From: Tubulanus polymorphus
Taxonomy: Eukaryota; Animalia; Nemertea
Length of the DNA: 64,000 bases
Assembly: GCF_964204645.1 (NCBI RefSeq)
Contig: NC_134030.1
Coordinates: 19,490,210 to 19,554,209, forward strand
Direction: 5' to 3'
Each line of letters opens with the position of its first letter. Positions within the stretch are counted from its first letter, which is position 1. Positions 12,865 through 23,842 of the stretch are shown here, one piece after another. Made by a program: the position numbers and the translations under genes. Below the pieces are notes generated by a model. That model did not search any database. It saw only the letters and a list, made by a program, of their open reading frames with translations, and was not told the origin of the DNA.

Positions 12865-14604
12865 AATAAACCATTTTACAGTTGCTAGCCGCCATTTTGT
12901 TAGGGTACTTTTGTCCCATATTGTTGGGTCATTTTTTTCTCTTTTTCAAAAACTATCCGTGATGTGTATTGTATCATATTTCATCTGTCGATGGATGGAT
13001 TTTGACAACTTCAGCAACATTCAAACCGCGTGAATCTCTAGTTTTCAGTTATGTTAAAATCATTTCTCAAATTTACAACAATGCGACATGAGAGCGATAT
13101 AAAAATCGGTGGTCAGTTTTTGCCGTGCGCATAGAAATCCAGGGTACTGAACTTTGAAGTTCGTTATTTTCAGAAATAATTTTCTAAAAAATCCAAACAT
13201 TTCAAGCACTGTGCGCATAAACGCCCCCTTTCAGGTGAACTTTGAAATTTTAAGATATCTTGCCTAGTTTTTTTCCTATGGCTCTTTAACTGCAGCGCGT
13301 GTATTGTCATTCCGAGATTTGGCGCTGTTTTCTTTGCGTGTATTTCAGTATATGGGTGTTATTTCTTCATTTTCACTACACTTGTCTCTACGGAAAATGG
13401 TTTTAATTGTTGGTACGAGTATCAGGTTTAAATATTACGGCATTAATACTGTATTCCGTTCTCCGGCGCTAGTTCGTAATGGCTGTAATGGTAACCGCTT
13501 TTACGGCAGGCAGAGGCTTACGTACATGCACCCAAGAAAACCCAAAATATCACTCTTTTGTTGTAAATGCAATCCACACACTTCTTGCGTTTTTGGTGAT
13601 GGTAGATGTCACTTTTTACTTTTTATCACCTGCGTCTGACATTCGAAAAAAAGAAAACGTTTTCCTATATTTTCTTCCCAATCTAATCAATCTTGAGTGT
13701 ACTTAATAGAAAGTATTCATAGAAAGAAGCTGAATATTTGCCCCACCCCATTTGTCCAGCTTTTTGACCACTTCTCCATCCATCTAATTTCAGTAGATTT
13801 TTATGTAAATTTATTGATAGACTACTGATTTAAATGGTCATCATACTCGATTTTGAGTGCTATATTTCCTTTCTTCTTCCATCTCAATATAGGCCCATAT
13901 ATTCTCTTCCCGCGCGCAACTTCGAATGCGTGATCAAAATGCCGCTCAGTCTCGCTGCTAAAACTGGTCAGAAAAATCCCTTAAACCCCAACATCTCTAA
14001 TGTCTCCGATCTATTATATTGCATAAACGACGTGATATTTAAACCTGATACTCGTACCAACAATTAAAACCATTTTCCGTAGAGACAAGTGTAGTGAAAA
14101 TGAAGAAATAACTCCCATATACTGAAATACACGCAAAGAAAACAGCGCCGAATCTCGGAATGACAATACACGCGCTGCAGTTAAAGAGCCATAGGAAAAA
14201 AACTAGGCAAGATATCTTAAAATTTCAAAGTTCACCTAAAAGGGGGCATTTATGCGCACAGTGCTTGAAATGTTTGGATTTTTTAGAAAATTATTTCTGA
14301 AAATAACGAACTTCAAATTCAGTACCCTGGATTTCTATGCGCACGGCAAAAACTGACCACCGATTTTTATATCGCTCTCATGTCGCATTGTTGTAAATTT
14401 GAGGAATGATTTTAACATAACTGAAAACTAGAGATTCACGCGGTTTGAATGTTGCTGAAGTTGTCAAAATCCATCCATCGACAGATGAAATATGATACAA
14501 TACACATCACGGATAGTTTTTAAAAAAGAGAAAAAAATGACCCAACAATACGGGACAAAAGTACCCTAACAAAATGGCGGCTAGCAACTGTAAAATGGTT
14601 TATT
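12865..14604. mobile_element. Non-autonomous DNA transposon with ~575-bp near-perfect terminal inverted repeats
   Basis: Arms 12865-13439 and 14031-14604 (AATAAACCATTTTACAGTTGCTAGCCGCC...). No transposase inside. A diverged partial copy lies at ~40286-40445. Confidence 0.9.
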
Positions 14605-15265
14605 CAACCGACACGACAAAGCGGCAGATTGTACCACCCAAATTACAACCACAGTCTAGAAAATCTATTGTTTATCCCGACCCATGAGGGCGCTTAGTAA
14701 GACATAATTCGGTGCCTAGCAGATTTTTCGGGAGTCGGCTTTCCCCGTTCGCTTATAGTTCGCTGGCTCCTACATTGACTGACTATATTGGATCATTTAA
14801 CCCCACGATGACCTTTGAAGTGTTGCCCGCTCATTGTAAGTAGCCTGCAGCCAGATTCGAACCCGCTTACTGCCATCAAAACCAGGGCCGATTAATGCTG
14901 TTTTCATTAAGTCAATTTTCTATGTTGCTTTTACTTCATTCGGATCTTGGTTTCCTAAAGTAAACCATGTTTCATTGTTCATTTTAACTTCACAGTCGCT
15001 TTCGACTGTCTCGACTGGGTCTAAGATCAATGTATGAATGAACAGAGAAAATATAGAAGAAAAATCAAAACTGATTTTTCAATTCTTATTTATTCATGCA
15101 ATTTGGAAATAAATGATCTGTTCAGTGGAATATTACGTAGTTTTATAGAATCGTTTAAGCGAACGCGTTATGGTCGATCGGGAATCCCCGTCACCGTGTG
15201 ACATCACGGCTGAGATGATTTTCGGGACGATACTTTCGATTTTCCAAATTCGGTCAAAAAACTTC

Positions 15266-16277
15266 TCAATCCATAGTGTGATTATTGCAGCCGTTCTCAC
15301 CGCAACAGTGGTATCTTTCTAGTCTAAACCCGTCGTGGAGTCTTTCTATAATCGGCCGGAATCGAGCTTCGCTCATACAGCCGATAGGTGCCATGCAAAC
15401 TCGTTCGTACATTTTGACATCGCGCCAACTAGTCAACGCCTCCTGGTGAGTAAAACACGATCCAATATGGCCGCTACCCTTGGAATGTAGTGACAATGCG
15501 ATTGTTAAGTGAAATTTCGCGCGTATCCTTAGCGACATCTTTGAATTCACGCGCAGATTATTTCGAGCTTTTCGAGTAGAATTCAAGGTATATAAGCTAC
15601 TATGCAACTTACGGCACATCTAAAGCCAGTGGGGCACGTCCGCAAGAAGTGCTTTTGAGGTGTCAGACAATCAGCAGTTACCGGACTCACAGTCCACAGA
15701 TGAGCCAAATTTTCAGGCATTCTTGTATAATAGCCACAATGGTAACATTGCAAACCGGTCGTAGTACCTGGAAACAGTATTCAGATCACGGAATACAGGT
15801 ATATAGGCCCTATCAGACCCCGAACTTGAGTTCTGCAGTCCAGGGGGCGCTTCGCGGATGATTTGAAGCTCCCTTAGGCCCGAGTGAACTTCAATTCATT
15901 TGTGAAGCGACCACCAGGTGTCTCTTGACTGCGCAGCGTCGACCCATGGTTTAGAATGTTTATGTAAGATATCAATACTTTTTTTCACAGATGATTTAAA
16001 GCTCACATAAACCCGAGTGAACTTGAATTCATTTGTGAAGCGACCGCCAGGTGTCTCTTGACTGCGCAGCGTGGACTCATGGTTTAGAATATTTATGTAA
16101 GATATCACTACTTTTTGCACAGATGATTTAAAGCTCACTTAGGCCCGAGTGAACTTCAAGTCATTTGTGAAACGACCACCAGGTGTCTCTTGACTGGTTT
16201 AGAATGTTTATGTAAGACATGAACACTTTTTTCTCACCGGTTAACGTCAAAAACAGGAACATCTGAAGACGAAACAT
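15266..16277 (-). CDS. Secreted Ly6/uPAR (three-finger fold) protein, ~135 aa, 3 exons
   Basis: Exons 16277-16238 (MFRLQMFLFLTLT, G|gtgaga), 15767-15613 (GTTTGLQCYHCGYY...DCLTP...TCPTGFRCA|gtaagt) and 15478-15266 (GSGHIGSC...VC...GC...YHCCGENGCNNHTMD*). Phases 1/0 are consistent. Has the LxCYxC start and CCxxxxCN end. TATA-like TATATA ~50 nt upstream; AATAAA on - strand at ~15088-15093. Confidence 0.88.
15873..16236 (+). repeat. ~133-bp tandem repeat (2.7 units) in intron 1 of the three-finger gene
   Basis: CCCGAGTGAACTT recurs at 15879, 16012 and 16144. Confidence 0.9.
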
Positions 16278-17673
16278 TTTCCGGAGTGCTCCAAAAACTG
16301 GTGCCGTTACCTACGAGTTATAGGACTATATAAACCTACAAGTCATTATTATACGATGTTTGATTGAGCGCATAATAATTAGTAATTTCCCGTCAAATAC
16401 ACTAGCAAAAAACACTTGTATTTCTATCATAATCCAATTAATTTCTAGTTATCAAAAACAAAAATGAGACACTCCAGTAAATTACGATATATGTTTTTAG
16501 GAGCCTGTAAATGGTTGTGTTATGTAATACATCATTTTGGTCATTAAAAGTACAAATACCAGCCACAGACATCACCCGTACGCGCTGGGGTATCTGCGTC
16601 AATTACGAAACCAGAATTAACTGACAACTTCACATTGTATTTAACCTCATCACTGAATACGTTTAGAAAATGAGATTTATATTGTAACCGCTTGTATGGG
16701 TTATCGTTCTGTTACCTGAGCTTTACGAAACGTGTACACATTTGAAACATCTTTGGCCCGAATTTGGCCCAGAGCCATTGCTCACACGGGTGCCAAATTT
16801 GGCCCGACCAAAATCTTCGGAGCAGGACCGAACCGAATCTTAACACGGGTCAAATTATTGCGTTTGAAACTGGTACCGGAAATGACTCACTTCGCTTTGT
16901 TTGAGCATTGTTTAGTATCGAGTGAGTGGTTCACGTGTGAACGCGCTCTCTAATTAGGCACGGGCCGAATTTGACCAGGGCTAAATTTTCACCGCATGAA
17001 CGATCAAAGGGCATCAACGGTTTCGACGCAAACAGTTTAAAAGTCATGTACTATTGCTATTGGTATCACTACTATAACTTTTACTATTTCTATTACTATT
17101 GCTACAACTATTGCTATAGCTCAACGCTAATTGCTAATTACTAGATTGTTAATTGCTTGTAAACTCATTACTATGACTACCATACTATCGTTCTTATTAG
17201 AATTCTAATCATGATGGTTATCAAATATAATTCATTCAGTTGCATTTAGCCTGTCATCTGTTTCAAATTTATGAATCCACACACTATGGCATAATTGGCT
17301 ACTAAATTAATCATAACACTGATGAGATATTGTCTGGTTTATAAACAAGATCTGCGTATAATAATAATCTATCAGTTTCTAGATGTTCAGTGAAGATGGT
17401 ATTGTTTGCGATCACGCCCTTCTTTAGTTATCAGCTTGATATTGATTTCTCATATTTTCAAATAATTGGTTTTACGGAGGAATCGTATGTAATATGTCGT
17501 AATGAAATACCGTTAAGAATAACAAGGTCTAGGGTGACCTTTCGATTTTGCGAGCATATTAATCGCGTACGTGATTCTGTAAAAAAAACTTAACGGCGAG
17601 TGCTTAAAGATAACACCCACTCTTATGAGGTGTAGTATTTCAACAATTGCCCACTTCAAACCATCTTCACCTT

Positions 17674-18280
17674 AGAAATGTCTCAGACGAAGCACTGAAC
17701 ACATCTGAAGTGTGGACGATCAGTTTTTGAAAGTGTGCCAATAAAATGTCTAATATCTGGTGTTTGTAGTTCATTTTCAATCAAAATATCTCAGGTGAAG
17801 CACTGAACACGTGAAGTGTGGATGATCAGTTTTTGAAAGTGAGCTGATAAAATGTCTAATGTCTGGTGTTTGTAGCTCAATTTCAATTAGAAATGTCTCA
17901 GGTGAAGTAATGAATACATGTGAAGTGTGGACGATCAGTTTTTGAAAGTGTGCTGATAAAATGTCTAATGTCTGGTGTTTGTAGCTCAATTTCAATTAGA
18001 AATGTCTCAGGTGAAGTAATGAATACATGTGAAGTGTGGAAGATCAGTTTTTGAAAGTGTGCTGATAAAATGTCTAAAGTCTGGTGTTTGTAGTTCATTT
18101 TCAATTAAAATTGTCTCAGGTGAAGCACTGAACACATGTGAAGTGTGGACGATCAGTTTATTTGAAAGTGTGCTGATGAAATTCCTAATATCTGGTGCGT
18201 AGATAATTATCAACTGAAAATGTTTCACGGAAAGTTCTGAACACCTGGTGATGTACGTTCGATCAAGTTTTGAGAGTCGG
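17674..18280 (+). repeat. 109-bp satellite-like tandem repeat (~5.5 units)
   Basis: AGAAATGTCTCAGGTGAAG...GTGTTTGTAGTTCATTTTCAATT units at 17674, 17783, 17889, 17998 and 18107. Confidence 0.92.
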
Positions 18281-18849
18281 CTCAAAAAAATCTCTCATGA
18301 ATTTCGCACGATCAAAAGCGGAAGAAATGCGATTTAATAGTAATTTAATTCCTATTACGGCCCTTTCGCTGTAACACAATTTTCAAAATACTTTTCCATT
18401 AGATCGATGTCATCAGATTGTGAACTTTGTGCCTTTTTATCCGAAAGCTATAAACGGATAAAAAACAGTTTTTAGAACAGTTCCTCTTGTGTATTTAGAT
18501 CATCTAAAGTCAATAACGATTACGTGTGACGATTTAAAGATATCCGACAACATTCGTTACGAAATCGATTGCATTCTAGTGTTTGTATTCGGAATACTTT
18601 CATGGTCACACGAGAATACATTCTAAACTATTAAATTTCGCTATGTAGCGCCAGCGGCAAAAACGTAATTTGTCAAAATCGAAGGGTGTGGTGTAAGTTT
18701 AATTAGCATGCGATCGAGCGAAATATTATTTTGAAGTGACTCGTATTTCGATTTTGTAATCGCTGAACTGGATTTGGCCTTTTAAAGACCTTCGACAATC
18801 ATGCACATGATGCGTATTTCATAACTTTCGTTATTGCATCGAATAAGTG

Positions 18850-19370
18850 ATGTGCGTGTTCAGCACTTCACCAGAGGCAATTTCATTGAAAATGAATTGA
18901 CAAACACCTGCCATTTGACATTTGATTAGCATACTATCATAAACTGATCGTCGACACTTGACATTGTGTTCAGAGCTTCATCTGACTCGACATTTTAAAA
19001 TGAAAATGAATTATACAGACATTAGAAACTTTATCAGCGCACACAGAATTATCGCCCCCCCTTCCAGTGACTTAGACCAGCACTTCATCTGAGGCATTCT
19101 AAATTGAAAATGAACTACAGACACCAGACATTAGACATTTTATCAGCATACTTTCAAAAACTGATCGTCCACACTTCACATGTGTTCAGTGCTTCACGTG
19201 AGACATTTCTAATTGAAAATGAACTAACACCAGACAGACATTAGACATTTTATCAGCACACTTTCAAAAACTGATCGTCCACAGTTCACATGTGTTCGGT
19301 GTTTCACCTGAGACATTTTTAGTTGGAAATGAACTACAAACACCAGACATTAGAGATTTCATCAGCACAC
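18850..19370 (-). repeat. Same 109-bp repeat, inverted orientation (~4.5 units)
   Basis: CACCAGACATTAGACATTTTATCAGCAC..TTCAAAAACTGATCGTCCACACTTCAC is the reverse complement of the unit. Confidence 0.9.
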
Positions 19371-21292
19371 GTCGTTAATATCTATTAACACCCTGCGCTG
19401 TAACATCTATAATCGAAAATTGAAATCATATATTGTCAACTGGGTATACCTGAAATACCTAGGTAAAGAGGGTAAACGTATTAAATAAACGTATTTTGCT
19501 AATTACCTCATGGACATGTATTAAATCGTATGTATTTGAATTTTCATCGATGAAAAATATTGTTGATGCTTTTAAAATGATGCACTGTTTTAAATGCACT
19601 GTGCACTAATTTGTATTCGCGATAGAAAACAAAAATTTTCAGTTTTCAGTACAGCCCGCCTCCCCCTGTACCACCTTTGTACCAAATTCACTGACCCCCC
19701 CCCCCCCCTCTTAGCTACGTACCATGGCACCCATGACCACCCCCCACCCCTAATTATATTGATGCAAAGAATAAAAATCATAACAAAATATAAATACCTG
19801 ATTCCATTAAAGCACACACGGAACAAAAGTCCGATATGAAATAAATGACACAACATAAGAATAAGTATTGTTGTTTTTTTTTATTTTATATACTCGGTAC
19901 TAAAAGCCGACAAAACACCAGTATCGGCTATTTTCATTTGAGTTTGGTGCATAAAGTACGTACCAAGATTGATTAATACCCCCTCCCTCAAAGTACGTAC
20001 CTCTTTTGCTGACCCTTACTCCCTATGTACTACTTGTAACAAAATTCAGTAACCCCTCCCCCCCCCAGGTACGTAATTTGTGAACGTTCCCTAAGTGATT
20101 TCACAAAACACCGGCTTGTATAATATAGACTGATAACCCAAATTTCTTCGCAGCGAAAACTGTTTGCAGGCTTGGTCCGAACACGAACATAAACTGGCGC
20201 TTGTGTTTTAGATCAGCTCGGTCGTGTTTCGAAACTACTTTCATTCGCGCTCATATACAAAATACGAACGATTTAATCGCATTACTGTCCATTCATCGAA
20301 AACTGAATCAATTGTTACCCGAAGAATGAACGAATCATATTTTCCGGTGCTTTCCGCGTGGTACAAACGCGACTAACATAATTACGGACGCGGACTAATC
20401 TAATAGAGTCGTTGATAAACAGATTGTCTGCGTCTTCTTTCGTAGTCATCGAATATCCGAGCGCCGGGGAAATGGCGGCGAACTATACGGATGTCTTGTC
20501 GTACGCCGTCGACCCCGATCGGCCGCGGCCGCTTCGCCATGTTGCTTCGAACTAACGATTCTATCGTATTTAAGCGTGACCAACCCAGGAAGAAAGACAC
20601 TAAATATTTGGATGGATATATGAAAGCTGTGGGTACTGGAGTGTGTAATGGGTATTGTAGTGTGATCTGTGTGCATTTGTGGCCAGCGCACAGATCACAT
20701 TGTTCATTGGGGTTTGATCTAGGACTCGCGAGATTTTCAACAACACGGAAGTAACGTGTAATAAATGATGACTTGAATTGCATGACTACCTACCACCCCT
20801 CATTATTGTTGGAAAACTAAACGTTCCGCACTGACTAAAAATTAGTAATAACATTTTAGAAATGGCCAGAATTTTTAACTTAGGCTCTATCTAATTTTTA
20901 TTTTACAATTGCGATTGGTATAATGTTTTTTAAACGGCCGTTAAGGCTTCATGTTTCGTCTGCAATTCAATGCAAATAGTTACGCAACTACGCACATTTC
21001 AGTGTTTTTGGCCGCTGTACACTCAATCGGCACCGTTCGTGACTAGCTTCACTGCGGAATTATCATTAATTAACATCGCCATATCACATCATGAACTTAT
21101 ATTGTGCCTTAAAACCCTAACAGCCGAAATAATTGAAATGCACACACGATTTCTATCATTGAAAATTGAGAGAGTGGCCATGTTTGTGTTTGCTGCTTCG
21201 CGTAAATCCCGCGCGGTGGCGCAACCGCGCGGAGTGGGGCCGATACGTCCAGAAAACCATCCGCAGTGAATGAACAGATTTTGACATTTGAA

Positions 21293-21560
21293 ATCGATCG
21301 GTTTTTGAAACTGTGCTGATAAAATGTCTAATATCTGGTGTTTGTAGTTCATTTTCAATTAGAAATGTCTCAGGTGAAGCACTGAACACATGTGAAGTGT
21401 GGACGATCAGTTTTTGAAACTGTGCTGATAAAATGTCTAATGTCTGGTGTTTGTAGTTCAATTTTTGAAATAATAAGAACGTCTCAAGCGAAGTCCTGCG
21501 AAATGTGGGTGCGCCGTTTCGAAAAGCGTGACGATAAAAAATCCAATGTTGTCAGCTCAT
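21293..21560 (+). repeat. Third block of the 109-bp repeat
   Basis: One full and flanking partial units nearly identical to 17889-18106. Confidence 0.88.
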
Positions 21561-22664
21561 TTACAATTGGAAATATATCGTGTGAAGTTAGTGAAGACAC
21601 GGTTAAATGTAGGTATTCCGACAGGGCACTGGCTGAGTATTCATGACATTGCATTCGTTCGTAAAGGACAGAACGCGGTTAGTTTTCTGACGGCGATCCT
21701 CGAAAAATCTCGCGCATTTTCTTCCCCTTGCTATGCGTTCTTTTTTCTCTCTAATGAGGTTATATCGGTTATATGGAAGTCTGATAACTACGCGGGCATT
21801 TTCACGGGCATTACTACGGTATCTGGATAGCGCTTATCTCTGCGCGGAGCCATTTTTTCCTTACCCGAATGTCTATTCAACGTCGAGGAGTTAGTACGTT
21901 TCTTTTTCATCGGCAACTTGGTATATCCTTTAAAGGCTTTGGGATGCACTATCAATCATGCGGGACACGCGTTGGCAATTTCAGAATCATAACATATTGT
22001 ACATATATCGATGAATAAGATTATCTGACATTCCACTGATACGGGCCGTAGCCAGAGTTTTTTCGGGGGTGTTCTACAAGCCCAGTTTTGCGCGTGGATA
22101 AGCCAATAAAAGTAAAAAAACATATTGCTAAAAAAGTGATACACTGTTTCTTCTTACTGCTGAGCTTAAAAGTTGACCCGGCCGGCCACCTATCTACCTT
22201 GTAAAATATTGCTTTTTTAACTGTGATCAATTTGACAATAACATAACCGGCAGCTACTGAAATGAACTGATTACTGATTTTATCGCGGTTTGCAAAATGA
22301 CTCGCTCGATTAGGAGGAACACGGAATCATGTTTAAGCCTAATTTTCACGAAAACGTGAACGCCCCTTTCGACGAGAAGTTACGCCGTTTTCTGTGTGCC
22401 CCCGCTGCGGCCATGTCAAAGTGGATCCCTGTTGCCACAGCAGGTACGTACGTGATGCGCGCACCTTCTGTTGCGCGGTGGTTGATTTCACATAGCACGC
22501 CACTCTAAACTGTCTTACAGTCGCTTTTAGTAGAAAGTCGGCAAACCCAACCTACTTGAACAATCAACTACAACGGCGGAGTGTCAAACACTTGCCTTCT
22601 TATGAATTTTATCGATTCCGTATATAGTGCGTTTGAATTTACTAATCATTTTGTGTCCTCCGCG

Positions 22665-22930
22665 TCTGAGCGTACGGGCTATTCTACCGTATGACTCATT
22701 TTTGATAAATTTAGATACTCTAAAGTATCCTAATGTTTCCATTAGGAAGTTGATCTTTTAACTTATTCCCATTTTAATATTTTAATCACTTACTCTGTTT
22801 ATATTGTTTTGGTCTTGTATGAATATATTGTAATATTCTCCTGTTCTCAGTACGCCTGGTGATGGCTAATAGTCTTCAGCCGAAACGTTGCGCAAATATA
22901 TGTATACTCTTCTTTTCAAGTTTCTCGTTT
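22665..22930 (+). mobile_element. Penelope-like element 3' fragment (GIY-YIG tail + degenerate hammerhead)
   Basis: Decayed DSFLINLDTLKYPN(G)F..EVDL resembles the PLE GIY-YIG C-terminus (ESFWIxKLxTLxPxGLNxE). Followed by CGC-CTGGTGA-T-GGCT..AGCC-GAA-ACGT-T-GCG at 22853-22893. Confidence 0.65.
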
Positions 22931-23766
22931 TGGCTTAATTTCTTGTGGGATTTCTCTCGTTATCATTTTACACGGATATTGTGTATCTTCCCGTCTCATC
23001 CTTTGAAGTTATCGTTATTTGGCTCCAAACAAAAATGTCCGAAAGTGTCACCAAAATGTCAAAATGTCACCGCAGTTCTTGTGAGCTTCTGCAATATAGC
23101 GTTTGCATTGAGTTGAAAGGTGTTATGAATATGTTATTGATACCTGTCCAGTTTCTATTGCGTTAATTTCAATTTAACCCCTCATTGTGCCCTCCAGGAT
23201 GTCTTAAGTAATTTATATAGGTTTTTGTTGATGCTATGGAATAATCTGTATGGGCTGTGAGAAGCTCTATAAATATTGTATCGATACCTGTCCAGGTTGT
23301 ATAGTGTTGTTTGCGAGAAGATATCGATCTAAAAGGTCATTGAATTAGTATATCTCACCGCCAGGAGTTCTACAACTTAACGATGTACGAGGAGATGTCT
23401 GAAGACGTCATAAACTAAAGGCTTGTTTTACATTCTAAGACTCTGGCATGCGAGGGTGAATTTGTAAAACCACATAAAACAGCTCTCTCGAGATATTCGC
23501 ATAGAAATAACGTGCATGTGGTCTATATATACTAAACAGTAACGGAGAATGCGCTCAACGACACGGCGGTGACGCCTCTGAAGGAACCGATGATATTTAA
23601 CTTTATTTGCGGCGCGGTTCCGGATTTTCCGAGCATGCGCCCGCACACTACTCACTAAACTGCGACCCGGCACCGGACGACGTATCGGACGTAGAATACA
23701 CACGCTTAGCTCGTTGGAAACTGAGCCTGCTACCGTTTGATTGTCGCAACGGTAATGCCTCAAAGA

Positions 23767-23842
23767 TAGGTGTAAATAATTTAGGCTAGTCCTGGATTAT
23801 TGAGTCGATGTGTCTTTGCTCGCTCGCAAGCGAAAGGACAAC
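23767..23842 (+). promoter_or_regulatory. Conserved proximal promoter/5' block of the PAN-gene paralogs
   Basis: GTAAATAATTT (forkhead-like) followed by CTAGT(C/T)CTGGAT.ATTGA.TC(G/A)A. Seen 50-90 nt upstream of the ATG in all four paralogs (also ~27880, ~37116, ~53632). Confidence 0.5.

Noticed and set aside
17777-21461. Similar ORFs 'YKHQTLDILSAHFQKLIVHTSHVF' as a gene family
   Set aside because: Translations of the 109-bp repeat; the unit length is not a multiple of 3.
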